A stretch of DNA of 63,938 bases, counting the filler, from Octopus bimaculoides (taxonomy: Eukaryota), in NCBI RefSeq assembly GCF_001194135.2. It is 9 parts of 6 records of this genome, joined end to end, with 100 filler letters (N's around TTAATTAATTAA, not from the genome) between each part and the next. Parts side by side here need not be neighbours in the genome. Positions count along the whole stretch, not along the records: positions 22,073 to 42,167 come from NC_068983.1; positions 42,268 to 51,774 come from NC_068983.1; positions 51,875 to 58,067 come from NC_068988.1; 6 more parts are not named here. One strand, given 5' to 3'. Under the pieces are notes generated by a model. That model was not told the DNA's origin. It did not search any database and saw only the letters and a list, made by a program, of their open reading frames with translations. A program made the position numbers and the translations under genes. This document shows positions 39,362-53,694 of this stretch, piece by piece. Each line of letters opens with the position of its first letter. The first letter of the stretch is position 1.

Positions 39362-39560
39362 AGGCACAAGACCTGATATTTACAGTGAAGGGACTAGTCA
39401 ATTGTATCGACTCTGATCCTTAACTCGTACTTATCTTATCGACCGCGAAAAGATGAAAGTCAGAGTCTACACCGGCGGTATTTGAAGTCAGAACATGAGG
39501 AGAGTATAAATGTCGCTGACCATTTTGCCCAACGTGTTAATGGTGGTACAAGACTAGCAA
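39362..39560 (-). mobile_element. Degraded SINE-like repeat (family of 26297); a second degraded copy follows at ~39640-39850
   Basis: taggcacaagacctga..cttatcgaccgcgaaaagatgaaagtc..tcagaac. Confidence 0.6.
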
Positions 39561-40052
39561 TATTTAGGAATGGGGAAAAAAATTATAGGACTCTCCACTG
39601 TTCAAGTGATAGTTATTTTGTCGACATCGAGAGAATTTTATCTCAGAACATAAATAACCGGATGAAATGTGACTATGCATATTGTTCGACGTGGTAACAG
39701 TTCTCCCAGCTCACCGCCTCTAATGGTATCAGATTAAAATGCGAAGCCAGCAATTTCAGGTAAGTTGGTAAATAGATACAACCACGTGTATTATTTAACG
39801 TCAGCGAGAATTGAATTCAGAAACTGAAAAACCAGAGAAAATATTAACGCGCATTTTTTCCTTACAGCATAGCCTTTCTGTTTAATACCACCACCAACAA
39901 GAACAACAATAAAAGGAGCAGGAACAGCAGTAGCAACAGTAAGTCCACATAAAAACCAAATGGAAATGAAAACAAGAAATGAGAAAGTGAAAGTAAAAGT
40001 AAAATAACATGAAAAAAAATAAAGTTAGAATTTTAAAACAAGAATGTGTATG

Positions 40053-40105
<53 letters not shown>

Positions 40106-40343
40106 NNNNNNNNNNNNNNNNNNNNNNNNNNNNNNNNNNNNNNNNNNNNNNNNNNNNNNNNNNNNNNNNNNNNNNNNNNNNNNNNNNNNNNNNNNNNNNN
40201 NNNNNNNNNNNNNNNNNNNNNNNNNNNNNNNNNNNNNNNNNNNNNNNNNNNNNNNNNNNNNNNNNNNNNNNNNNNNNNNNNNNNNNNNNNNNNNNNNNNN
40301 NNNNNNNNNNNNNNNNNNNNNNNNNNNNNNNNNNNNNNNNNNN

Positions 40344-40379
<36 letters not shown>

Positions 40380-41056
40380 TATATGCATATACACACATAT
40401 GTATGTATGTATATATATATATATATATATGTATAAAGATATGAATATGTATGACCTTCTTTTTACAGACTGCAAACGAGCATAGAAAAAAATCAGATTA
40501 CAGAGGCGAATATGGAAAAATGGAGTTCCACGAAACTAAAATGTAAGAAAAAATATGCCGTATTACAGAAACACCTGAAATCCGAAAGGAATTAGAGAGA
40601 GTATTAGAATGACAACGCTAGTGCTATAACAAAATAAAGAAATCTAGTTTTGGATAAGCATAAAAATGCCTAAGAATATAAATATATTGAAAAACATTGT
40701 GATTCTTTACCAACAAACACAAAAATCAATGAGAATTAAGAGAAATGGAAAATGTGTCATTTTAATACGAGGACAGATTGAAGGCAGACCATACATTCAC
40801 ATGAGATAAAGCTTGAGCATTTTGCTATGGTTGCTAGGCAACGAAGGAGATGATATTCGAGGGAGTGATTTAGAAACGCATGAATCATAAATAAACTATA
40901 CATAACATCGCAGATCAAGGGGAGAGAAAACTGAAGTAGGAATAATGAAATTGTGTCAGACGTATTCAACGAAACAAACAGTAATCCAGGAAAGCAAAAA
41001 AAAAGTAACTATAGATCAGAGTCGTGTCCCTTGGAAATACAAACTCAATCACACAC

Positions 41057-41092
<36 letters not shown>

Positions 41093-42129
41093 ACACACAC
41101 TCTGTCTCTCACACACATACATACATTCATACATACGTACGTATGTGTACTTATATGTATATATGTATATATACATATGCACATATCTATCTCTCTGTCT
41201 GTCTGTCTGTCTGTCTGTCTGACTGACTGCCTGTCTCTATGTCAGGAGTCTATCAACCTATCTATTTATCTATCTATCTATACACACGTAAATATATATG
41301 TGTATGTACTTGTACGTTGTACATGTATTTGTGTGTGCGTTTATGTATGTGCATACATATATATATATATATAAAGACATATATCCATATATACACTCAT
41401 TTAAACAAACAGAGAATAAGAAATAGTTATAGAAATACGTGTAAATGGCAGACATATTTAACGTACTATTTCGAAGTAATGATAAATTCAAAATAGACTA
41501 TGATTTAAAGCCGGACATCTAAATACAATAAATGAGATGTGAAGGACTGGGCAATATTTGAGAGGATGGTGGGAAAACAGAATAAAGAAGCGAGAAAATG
41601 AAAAAAAATGCTGACACACTCAACAGTATATCATCAAAAAATAAAAAGAAAACAGATTGTGAAAAGAGATATGGCGTGAGAAAAGAACTAAAAACCTTAT
41701 AAATACGATAGGTATACACCAGGCTGTGAAGATCAAGATGGACTGAACAAATTTGAACGAGCAATACCTTGGATAAATATAGGAGAAGCACCTTTTATGT
41801 TTCATATAGACAGAAAACATATGTGCAAAGATATCTTCAGGAGATAAAAAAAAAGGTCAACGCATTGTGAATATCTATTGACGTACAATAAAATACTCAT
41901 GGGGCATATCTTCTAACAGCTTTGGTGAATGATAACGATGAAGGGTATGTATTTATATAATGCTTTTTCATTCGCATTTTAACTCTTAAAGATTTCGAAT
42001 GCATTAATTTTTGGCCAATGACTTCAATACATAGTAAGATTTGAGTAAATGACTGGAGGTCAATACATTTTGTATCCCAAAACCCCATTTCTCTCGATTT
42101 ATATATATATGAATCTATCTATCTATCTC

Positions 42130-42167
<38 letters not shown>

Positions 42168-42399
42168 NNNNNNNNNNNNNNNNNNNNNNNNNNNNNNNNN
42201 NNNNNNNNNNNTTAATTAATTAANNNNNNNNNNNNNNNNNNNNNNNNNNNNNNNNNNNNNNNNNNNNAACACCACACACTTCGAAAAACAATCAGTATTC
42301 GATGGAAGACTTTTTTTTACCAATCAGCAGGTTCTACTCCGGGGAGGACCGCCTGTCTCTGCTAATCAGGACACATCATACCTTAAACAATGTTAATAC

Positions 42400-42668
42400 A
42401 GACCTCCCAAATTGCGTTTCCGAGATGAGCTAAAGGCGTTTCTCCTCCGCTGCTCCTTTGACTGAAATACATAGGAGATAATCGCATGTCATCGTCGAAG
42501 GAACAGATCTGCTGGAAAGTAACAAACGTCAAGAGGAAGTGATCAAAAGTCGGTGAGGCAAAGTGCGACTCGCACTTCCCCGTTCCTTCCAACCATACAC
42601 AGCGATGTATGGCTCCGGCTCTTCTATACCATCCTTGGCTTGAACAGCCACCTCAGGCACCGACACTT
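42400..42668 (+). mobile_element. RTE-clade LINE ORF C-terminal relic
   Basis: RPPKLRFRDELKAFLLRCSFD*NT*EIIA..R and terminal ILGLNSHLRHRH, matching the RTE GRP..RF.D.LK..L..C..WE..A / IGL.SH.R.H pattern. Confidence 0.6.
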
Positions 42669-42850
42669 TCAGCACCCACGAATATGAAGAAGCTATCTCA
42701 CACGCTATAAATTTAATATTCGGACACGAGTTAGTGCCGACGACGATGAAGATGCGTGTGTCTTAACGTGTGTCTGTGTGCGTGTGTTTTTTTTGTGTGT
42801 GTGTGTGTGAGTGTGTGTGTGTGTGTGTGTGCGTATNNNNNNNNNNNNNN

Positions 42851-42887
<37 letters not shown>

Positions 42888-43126
42888 ATGTGTGTGTCAG
42901 AGAGAGAGAGAGAGTCTTTGTGTACATTTATAGATACACACACGCGCACACACAAATATGTACAGTTTAAAGTGCCAGATAAGAGGACAGAAATCAATTT
43001 AAATAGAATCGCCGTACGATGAATGTCTTTGTGATGATGTGTAATATACGTCAGTGGAAACAATTTCAAGATAAAGCAAGTGCATCTCATCTCACCGAAA
43101 TATATACATTCTCTCTCTCTTTCCCT

Positions 43127-43178
<52 letters not shown>

Positions 43179-43319
43179 GGGACGAGAGTGTGGGATAGTG
43201 AATATCTTAATAAATAAGTCTTATATTTCTTATATTTATCCTTGAGAACATTAGAATAGTTGATTTATCCTATAAATTTAGCTCTTAAATTTATAATTAA
43301 TATATCCAAATAAGAGGCA

Positions 43320-43920
43320 CAATGAAAAAAGCAAGTGACCAACTTCAAACGGCGAAAGATTATGAAGATGCATTTTCAACGAGGTTGATTAAGTTTGAAA
43401 ATAAGTGAGCTAAGTTCTTCATTAAGGGAAAAAACTACAAAAGCCAGAAAAGGGGAAGAAAATTAATTATATAAAGACAAAACAACATGTGTTTAATACT
43501 TACAATGAGGAAGTTAATTGATATAAGTACGTAAATCATGAAATCTTTTCTGATGCTGCAGAAAATTTCGAGCAAGTTTCATTAGGTTTAAAGCAAGAAT
43601 TTGTGTAATGTTTCGTAACAGTAAAGTGTATAAAAATATTTGTAGCTTATAATATTTCAAATAATGAGATGTTGTTCAGCACTAAGAATCGTGATAAAAT
43701 AGCTACGTTGCCGCAAGAATATTATAAAATTTGTTAATTCTGTTATGGATCAGCTGGAAGTAAAACAGATTAAGATAATTAATCATAAAGAAAATGAAAA
43801 TACATTACGTGTGAACTAGGGAAAAACATTACAGGTGCCAATATTGTTAATTTAGATTATTCAAATATAGTATAATATTTTGAAGGCCAAATTACGATAA
43901 TGCAATCATATAATACCGTG
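43320..43920 (+). mobile_element. Possible very decayed hAT-like transposase C-terminus
   Basis: Only fragmentary resemblance (LLILL..SAGS..IKII; NLDYSNIV*YF) across frames. Confidence 0.25.
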
Positions 43921-45697
43921 CAATAAACTAAAACTCTTTTATAAAGAAGAGAGGAATTATGAGGAAATAATTTGTAGTGAGACAAGAAAGATCTATTTTG
44001 TTGCTGTGGCTTAGTCCAGTTGTGCTTAAGCAGGCTCTACCCAATCAGAGCTGGAGGCATAACAATACAAGTAGTAACTTCTGCCCGGAGGTAGCACGCG
44101 CCTTTTTGGAATAGCTTGAACAGTTGTAGATTTCACGGAATAGAAGCAAAATCTTCGATATGTCATATTTTCTATTGCTACCTCCATCTACACGCAACTC
44201 ATTTGATTAATATCAGCTCCCACATTGCTTCATATAAACCTCAGCGTAAATAGTAAGTCATGCGATTTTTCCTGTCTCGCGTACACAACTATGTGTTTCC
44301 CATTAATATATAAGATTACTACTTGCTACCACTTGCAAGTAAATATATACATATATATACGTACATACATACATGCATACAAACATATACATTAATATAT
44401 ATAATATAGGAAAATCACTTGTCATGATAATACGCAGAGCTTCAGATGCCGGTGCTACAAGCTACACGACATCATATCGGTTATTAAGACAAACACGCTA
44501 TGACAAAACCGTTGAATAAATGGAAGTTACTTCAATAGGCGTGTGTAAGTAAACCTCCGTTCATAAAATGTATATACATTTGTAAAAATATCTATATATC
44601 TACGCGAGGTGATGTTCACTATGTATATATACGTATGTGTGTGTATCTGTACATATATATGCACATGCGTAGTTTTGTATATCTGCTTATACATATGCAT
44701 GTATATGTATATGCGCATGTGCGTGCGTATAGAAACGTGTATATGAACATAATAATGCGTGCATGGGTACATATACATGTGTATGTGCGTGTATCCGTGT
44801 ATTCATGTATATATGTGTGTATGTATACATATGCAGGTATATATATATATATATATATNNNNNNNNNNNNNNNNNNNNNNNNNNNNNNNNNNNNNNNNNN
44901 NNNNNNNNNNNNNNNNNNNNNNNNNNNNNNNNNNNNNNNNNNNNNNNNNNNNNNNNNNNNNNNNNNNNNNNNNNNNNNNNNNNNNNNNNNNNNNNNNNNN
45001 NNNNNNNNNNNNNNNNNNNNNNNNNNNNNNNNNNNNNNNNNNNNNNNNNNNNNNNNNNNNNNNNNNNNNNNNNNNNNNNNNNNNNNNNNNNNNNNNNNNN
45101 NNNNNNNNNNNNNNNNNNNNNNNNNNNNNNNNNNNNNNNNNNNNNNNNNNNNNNNNNNNNNNNNNNNNNNNNNNNNNNNNNNNNNNNNNNNNNNNNNNNN
45201 NNNNNNNNNNNNNNNNNNNNNNNNNNNNNNNNNNNNNNNNNNNNNNNNNNNNNNNNNNNNNNNNNNNNNNNNNNNNNNNNNNNNNNNNNNNNNNNNNNNN
45301 NNNNNNNNNNNNNNNNNNNNNNNNNNNNNNNNNNNNNNNNNNNNNNNNNNNNNNNNNNNNNNNNNNNNNNNNNNNNNNNNNNNNNNNNNNNNNNNNNNNN
45401 NNNNNNNNNNNNNNNNNNNNNNNNNNNNNNNNNNNNNNNNNNNNNNNNNNNNNNNNNNNNNNNNNNNNNNNNNNNNNNNNNNNNNNNNNNNNNNNNNNNN
45501 NNNNNNNNNNNNNNNNNNNNNNNNNNNNNNNNNNNNNNNNNNNNTATATATATTAATATAAATATATATAAATATATGTATATATATAAATATGAATATA
45601 TATATATATGTATGTATATAAATATGAATATAAATATTTGTGCGCGCGTGTGTGTGTGAGTGTTTGTATGTGTGTGTGTGTATGTGTGTGTGTGTGC

Positions 45698-45741
<44 letters not shown>

Positions 45742-47448
45742 GCGTTTTCTTAGTTGAGATCGACACCCACAAATTACACAGAAGAATGCAAGGTAAGCAA
45801 ATTTATATGAGTTACATTTATGCTAATAGCACTTTCAGAAATCTGTGTTCTGAATATCACTTTGAGTGTATATTTCCATTCGAATTAGATTATGTAGCAG
45901 TTCTGTTGACTCTTCTAAAAAAAAAATGTTTACTTCTATTTTATAGCACATATGCTTCACTCTGATTTTTCTACGATATTCCTGACTGTGTGTGCTAAAT
46001 ACATTATTCATACACACACATACAGACATAACACACATATATATGTTTAGATTCTCACCGAAAGCTGGTGATTCACCTCATAATATATTAATTCATAGGC
46101 AGGCACGTACAAAAAAAGATGTAAATAGATGATAATAAAATATTCAACGAAAATGATGAAATGTAATGTCTTCCGCGGGAAGATTTGAAAACAATAATAC
46201 AAAGCATTGTCTGCCTCCTTAACATCTCTGCCACTTCGCAGACTATAATACTAATAATAAAAGCAAAAATAAAATAAAATAATGATGATTTTGATGCTGA
46301 TTATGTTGAGGTTGTTGATGATGATGCGTCGATGACCTCAAAGACTATAGAATATTAGTAAGAATATTCAGAAAAGAGATTCTCATGCAGTTTCTGGGGA
46401 TTGAGTGAAATATCTATTATGAAGATAACTTTTCAATTTTGAATTTGTGCCAAGAGGTTACCGTTATATGGAGGGATATATGGAAACATGTGTACTGAAG
46501 GACGACAATTATACTTTTCCAAACGTAGGAGACAAGAATTAGAATGGGGTACCAAAGAAAATTAAGTATTGACAATGTTATCACAGAATAAATACATGGA
46601 CTATGATAATATTAGCTTAGCAGCTTTTTTCCTAAATTAATATATACAGCTTCGATTAATGAGATAAAAAAAAAAAACAGGAAGATACTCACAATAAATA
46701 TCACACCCCTCTTCAGCAGGACAAACAGTTGAAAATGTAAGGAATTACATGATCATTTCATGAAACAAACCAAGTATGTTTGAACACTAGTTGTAGCTGA
46801 AGGATGGATTTATGAAACGAGAAAAGTGACTCGCTACTTATAGTCACTGAGGAGCAAGGTATGACAATGAACTTCATAGAGGCTACGATTCGTTAAACTC
46901 AAAGAGCAAACACATACTTTAAAGGAAACGCAATGACAGTATAAACATATTTTATTTGAATGCGGTAAAAACTAGTAACAAACGTGTATAAGGGTACGCA
47001 TGTCTACGACCGCAAAAGTGTGTCTTCGAATGTCAGTCAAATGTGTGAATTTCCTAAACACTTTATGAACGGGAAACCATCATAGCATACACCGGTCGTT
47101 TGACTACTTATTCTTGCGTGTTAAGCTGCTTGTTACGCTGCTTGTTAAAGGCAGCTTCTCTTGTGTTTAAATGTACACTATTTTTTATTGAGGATATGTT
47201 GTCTATTGACTTTTCATACATGCTAGGCCACTGGTAGTGAAATTTCTAAAGAACTCGGTACCCAATATATATATATATGCATGTATATATATATATNNNN
47301 NNNNNNNNNNNNNNNNNNNNNNNNNNNNNNNNNNNNNNNNNNNNNNNNNNNNNNNNNNNNNNNNNNNNNNNNNNNNNNNNNNNNNNNNNNNNNNNNNNNN
47401 NNNNNNNNNNNNNNNNNNNNNNNNNNNNNNNNNNNNNNNNNNNNNNCC

Positions 47449-47665
47449 CGAATATTTAGTACGCCGGGCGAAATGCTTAGCGGTATTTTGTTTGCCGTTA
47501 CGTTCTGAGTTTAAAACCCACCGAGATCGACTTTGCCTTTCATTCTTTGGAGGTCGATCAAATATGTACCAGTTACGCACTGTGGTCAATGTAATCATCT
47601 TAATCCCTTTGTCTGTCCTTCGTTGTTCCCTCTGCGTTTAGCCCACTGCGTTCAATAAAGAAATA
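47449..47665 (+). mobile_element. SINE-like repeat (family of 26297)
   Basis: acgccgggcgaaatgcttagcggtattt..gttctgagttt..gtcgat..aataaagaaata. Confidence 0.8.
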
Positions 47666-48289
47666 TAGACCCACACGTACACACACACACACTGCACTAA
47701 CAATATAAACAAAACAAATCACTCACAAATACAGAGTACACACATAACCGGAAACTACATAAACATACCCACATATATATACGCACACACACAAACGCAT
47801 ACTCAGTACCAACATGCACAGGACGTATACGCACACACATACACACCACCCGGAAAAATCAAACACACACGGACACACACAGAATCCCTGATAAATACAA
47901 CACACTCACACTCATATACACACCCACACATCCCCACACACACAGCACAAGGACAATTAAAACAACAAAAACATATTCAAACAGAGACACACACTCGCGT
48001 AAGCACACATATCATCCCCTCCAACACAAAACACACAAACATACACACACACACTTAGAGACAAATCAAAAACGGCCCACACGCACGAACACAAGCACAT
48101 GTATGCACACACTCACAACATTCTGACCTCTAAGACCAGTCCCCAAAACCACTGAACGAACATTGAGGCAACATTCCAAAACGCAGCGCCTTATTATAAT
48201 AGTGCTTTAAGGAATAGTGGATTCTATGAGAGGAGCCAATATACCCAGTCCAATGCTAACGACAACGCAACACGTAGATCTAGGACTAG

Positions 48290-48950
48290 GAAAGTTTTGT
48301 GGTTCAACCCAGCTCTCAATGTGGCCGTAAGAACTAATACAGGTGAGGAAATTTTAAAATTAGTCGCTAGACACTTTCAACCTGACCGTAAGTTTTATAG
48401 AGTATTCAATAGAAGAACGCTTAAGATCAGCTATTCTTGCTGCAAAAACTTCGCCTCTTTGAATTGCCAGGACAGCAACAAGATAATTGCCAAAAATCAT
48501 AATGCCGATTCTTTTCCAAAAAGCTGCAATTTCAAGGATGGAACCTCCTGTCCATTGGAAGGGAGATGTCTAGAAAAAACGTCTCGTGTATAGAGCCAAA
48601 GTCCAGATAGAAGGCTCACACGATTATAGAACTTATACAGGGGCTTCGGAAAATTCATTCAAAATCAGGCTTTATTCGCAACAACAATTCTTTCAGATAC
48701 CCCAAAAATAGAACAAAACTAGCCTGGCAAAATACGTCTGGCAATTAAGAAAAAGCGAAACCCGACCTTTCAACGTGACATGGAGGATTTTAGGTTCAGC
48801 ATCAACTTACAGGCACGGTACCCACAGTAGACCAATTAAATGCGAGTTGTGTTTATTAGAAAAATTCCATACTTTATTCCAAGATAAGAAACCTGTAAAC
48901 CAAAGACGCGAGCTTTTAAATTAATGTAGACATGCGTCTAAATTTTAAAT
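48290..48950 (+). mobile_element. Penelope-like element GIY-YIG endonuclease relic (Neptune-type Cys linker)
   Basis: WFNP..VRTNTG..HF..FNRRTLKISYSC, CN..SCPLEGRCL, VYRAKV..TYTGASENSFKIR, TSLAKYVWQL, VTWRIL, CELCLLEK, NQRRELLN*CRH. Confidence 0.88.
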
Positions 48951-51129
48951 GACTGCTAATAACATGGGGTAGTATATTTCTGATAAAGTTTGACTTGTTG
49001 AAACCAGTTTGCAGTCTCACTATTGGATTTGTACTGCATTATACATGATTTACTGCGCGCTGCAAGAATATTGTATAGATCCCTAGGTTTTTTTAAAGAA
49101 AGCCTTCGACTGTTAAATGCATAGTTTTCTTGTTTTTAATTTACTTTATACTATTTTATTTGTATTTATTTTAAAATATCTTGTAAACAAATTTAACCGT
49201 TTTTATAGATGGTTCGATATATGGAATTCTATTATGAATGCATTTTTGCACAATTTTCGCTTTTATACACTCAGCAATTTCTTAAAATAGTTGTCTGCAT
49301 ATATACGTTAAGACCTAAAATATTTTTTATGTGGATGTGTGTATTGTAGCAATGCATACGTATTTGTATGTGTGCGTCTATGCTTATGTATAGAGCCTAG
49401 GTTTACACTGATGCACATACATACATGGTTTCGTGTGTGTGAGTCTTTGTATATGCATGGGTAAGTGTGTACGCATATATGTACACATACATACATATAT
49501 TCATGTGTGTGCGTCTATGTATATATGAGAATGTGCACTCAGGCTTATACACATACATTTTGAATATGTGCGTACGCACGTAAACAATTATATCTGTGTG
49601 CATTCGCGTATATCCCTATATATCTGTATACGTGATGCTAATATACATTTTTTTATACACATATATATGTAATCCAATTTTGTGTACGTTTGTTATGTAC
49701 GCTACACCTCTTTCTTTATTTCTTTTTTTCTTTCTTCCTTTCTTTCTTTCCTTCCTCACGAAATCCACACTTTGTCCATTTCTGCATTAGTAACGTCATC
49801 ATCTATACACTACTCTTCCCAACCCTCACTTCCCCCACTCCATCACTTTAAGATACACTTGCCAATTTCAACGCTGCATAATTTTCGTGCGCGAGCATGA
49901 TTGCGTGCATCGGTGTATGCGTAAGCATGCATATTCGTGTATGTATTTATGTTTTACAAATACATACCTATATACGTATATTGTCTGTACGTATGTATTT
50001 GTGTATTTTTATGTATATATGGATCTTGTAGACAGTCTAGTATGCGTATATACTGTTGTAGAATATTTATTTTTTATTTTAATCTTAATATGTTTAATCG
50101 AATATAATTATTTACAATATGTATTTTGAACCCACTTTTCAATTTAAGGTTTTCTTTGATTTTTTAAAAAATACGATGCATCTATATTGTATATTGAACT
50201 CATTTGTTTTTGTTATCTTGTTCATTGCATACCTAAGACAGATATTTGAAACAACCAATGAAACAGATCCATGTGTTTTAATTTTATATTAGTCTTGATT
50301 GCATCGTCATTCCTCTCACATTTCTAACAAAACTGTCCGATGAACAGGAACGTGAAACTCCAAGTAACAGTTTTTGTTGTTATATTTCTGGAGCTTTTGA
50401 ACAAAGTATATATATATATATATANNNNNNNNNNNNNNNNNNNNNNNNNNNNNNNNNNNNNNNNNNNNNNNNNNNNNNNNNNNNNNNNNNNNNNNNNNNN
50501 NNNNNNNNNNNNNNNNNNNNNNNNNNNNNNNNNNNNNNNNNNNNNNNNNNNNNNNNNNNNNNNNNNNNNNNNNNNNNNNNNNNNNNNNNNNNNNNNNNNN
50601 NNNNNNNNNNNNNNNNNNNNNNNNNNNNNNNNNNNNNNNNNNNNNNNNNNNNNNNNNNNNNNNNNNNNNNNNNNNNNNNNNNNNNNNNNNNNNNNNNNNN
50701 NNNNNNNNNNNNNNNNNNNNNNNNNNNNNNNNNNNNNNNNNNNNNNNNNNNNNNNNNNNNNNNNNNNNNNNNNNNNNNNNNNNNNNNNNNNNNNNNNNNN
50801 NNNNNNNNNNNNNNNNNNNNNNNNNNNNNNNNNNNNNNNNNNNNNNNNNNNNNNNNNNNNNNNNNNNNNNNNNNNNNNNNNNNNNNNNNNNNNNNNNNNN
50901 NNNNNNNNNNNNNNNNNNNNNNNNNNNGGGCAGGCCAAATGCACATCGCATTCAATGTCGTGTTCTACTTTTTAGTTAAATCCTAGTTTTATCTCTTTTC
51001 CTTATTCTCATTCACAAAGTCTACGAAACCGTAAACGTTCCATATGTAGATTAATATATATGGTAGGCAAATTCATTTTGTAAAAAAAAGAGCATATTAC
51101 CGTGGGTAATATGCTATTCGTTCTTTTCA

Positions 51130-51774
51130 GCTATCTAATATTATCTTGATTATTCTGGCCGTACAGAGGGGGCAACGCTTTTGTAACAGCTCTATTGGGA
51201 ATACTATTCCAATTTCCTTTATATTCCTCTTGGTGCATTCCGATACTGTTCCCAAGGATTCAACAATAATTAGCATTATCTTCACATTCTTCATTTTCCA
51301 TAGACAGTCTGTTTCGGAATTAAGAGGGTTGTATCTACGCATCTTTTTATGTCCTGCTTTATCATCCCTTGCGCAAAGGGGCCTGCAACGTCAAGTATAT
51401 AGCATATATGGTGCACCTTATCCACCACCACTAGGTCCAGTCTGGTATCCTCTAACACCTAATCTGTTTGTCTGAGAAATCCAACTTTGGCACTCTATCC
51501 AGCTTGTGATCATAACAGGTTTTGCCACCCTCTATCCCTCGATTTTTACACAATCTTCAATGTAGCACTTTTGATAGCTGCTCGTGTAGTCAAAATTTGT
51601 AGTGATTTTGAGCAAGTCTATGGACTTGTTTTGTGATATGGGCAATCCTCTGCAGGCTACATTCATCCCTCTTTTCATATTGATTAGTGAGCATTTGGTA
51701 ATCCCAAATGCCATACCGATGTCTCAACCACACTTCTGCACCGTTTTGGTTAAGAATCTATCTGTTTTTCAGAT
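51130..51774 (-). mobile_element. R4/Dong-clade (RLE) LINE relic, internally deleted
   Basis: DIGMAFGITKCSLINMKRG (post-RT motif) and terminal IIVESLGTV..IKEIGI..ELLQK..TARIIKIIL. Confidence 0.7.
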
Positions 51775-51874
51775 NNNNNNNNNNNNNNNNNNNNNNNNNN
51801 NNNNNNNNNNNNNNNNNNTTAATTAATTAANNNNNNNNNNNNNNNNNNNNNNNNNNNNNNNNNNNNNNNNNNNN

Positions 51875-51910
<36 letters not shown>

Positions 51911-52038
51911 CTGTGTGTGTGTGTGTGTGTGTGTATGTGTGTATATACACATGCATATCAGTGTATGCATATGTAAGTTCTTTTGTCCCTTCATATCTTC
52001 ACATTGGTACCGTTTGAGTAAGAATGATAACTGCTTAC

Positions 52039-52089
52039 ATCTTCCGTAAACAATAGGTCCGATATTTCGTTGATTTAGCCAGTTTTGGG
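52039..52089 (-). CDS. Candidate 51-nt exon
   Basis: atggttgtttatttcatttgtctttgcag|CC CAA AAC TGG...GGA AGA T|gtaagc; open as phase 1-1 (QNWLNQRNIGPIVYGR); strong splice signals but no recognisable domain. Confidence 0.4.
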
Positions 52090-52734
52090 CTGCAAAGACA
52101 AATGAAATAAACAACCATTGAAAACAAGTTCGCTGCCGTCAAGCAGTAGCATATTGCCTTAATATGTTTCGTCTGACCCATACAAGTTTGTGAAAACGGA
52201 CGTGGAAAACGATGACGATATCTGCCATCACTACTGTTCTTGTGTTTCACACAAGAAAATTAGACTGTCACAACTGTTACGGGCACATAGAGTTTCTGAG
52301 ATTTACAAATTAAATATACTGTCCTCATTTCTAAGTTATTCAAACATTTGTGAGAGAGGACATAGATTCTATATTGAAGAGGTCATATTACTATATAGTA
52401 GCTTTCTCAATAATTTATCGTATGCTCTGAAGATATATTGTAGTATGACATACTGACATGATTTCATTTGTTTTAGATCTAAGGTGATCACCCCAACATC
52501 CTCCTTTCTCGTACTTTTCCGTGCATTATCGCCAACCACTTACTGTTCTTCTTTCTTTCTTTTGCCCTCTTCCAATCTAGACTTGTTGCAAAATGTTACA
52601 AATGTCATAGACCAAAACAAAATAAGAAGAAGAAAAAAAAGAAGGAAGACGAAAGAAATCGTCTCTGAGAAAGCAAGAATAAAAAAACATCATCAGTCGC
52701 AGTAGCAGTGACAACAACAGCAACAATAACAATA

Positions 52735-52784
52735 ACAATAGCAACTCAATAATAACGACAATAATAATAATAATAATAGTAATA

Positions 52785-52857
<73 letters not shown>
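52735..52857 (+). repeat. (TAA)n-rich microsatellite
   Basis: Direct reading. Confidence 0.97.
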
Positions 52858-52858
<1 letters not shown>

Positions 52859-53694
52859 GTTATATTTTAGCCGAAAGAAAATTTCCATTAGATATATGGA
52901 GGTAATCATATCAAAATAACAATACAAAAATGAAATAAGNNNNNNNNNNNNNNNNNNNNNNNNNNNNNNNNNNNNNNNNNNNNNNNNNNNNNNNNNNNNN
53001 NNNNNNNNNNNNNNNNNNNNNNNNNNNNNNNNNNNNNNNNNNNNNNNNNNNNNNNNNNNNNNNNNNNNNNNNNNNNNNNNNNNNNNNNNNNNNNNNNNNN
53101 NNNNNNNNNNNNNNNNNNNNNNNNNNNNNNNNNNNNNNNNNNNNNNNNNNNNNNNNNNNNNNNNNNNNNNNNNNNNNNNNNNNNNNNNNNNNNNNNNNNN
53201 NNNNNNNNNNNNNNNNNNNNNNNNNNNNNNNNNNNNNNNNNNNNNNNNNNNNNNNNNNNNNNNNNNNNNNNNNNNNNNNNNNNTATATATATATATAAGA
53301 AGTCAATAAAAGTAATAATAATAAAAACAACAACAAAACCAATGAGGTTTAGCACGCATACATGTAAGCATGTATGCAGGCGAGCCAGTGGTTGTTGCGA
53401 AGAAATGTTTAAAGTTATGATTAACAGTGCCGAAGTATATTGATGAATTTCCCATTCACTTTCTTGTAGTTCTGTGGATAAAGGAAAGGAAATAAACTTG
53501 AGGGCTTTACAGTTCTCTGATAGACGATAATATAAATGTTTTTGTGTTTGAGAGTATGTGTATGTATGTGTGTGTATTAAATCTATGTATACATACATAC
53601 AAACATATATATATGTATGCATGTATATATTCTTATGTATACACACAGATATATACACACACGTATATATATGGTTGAATGTATGTATACTCTT

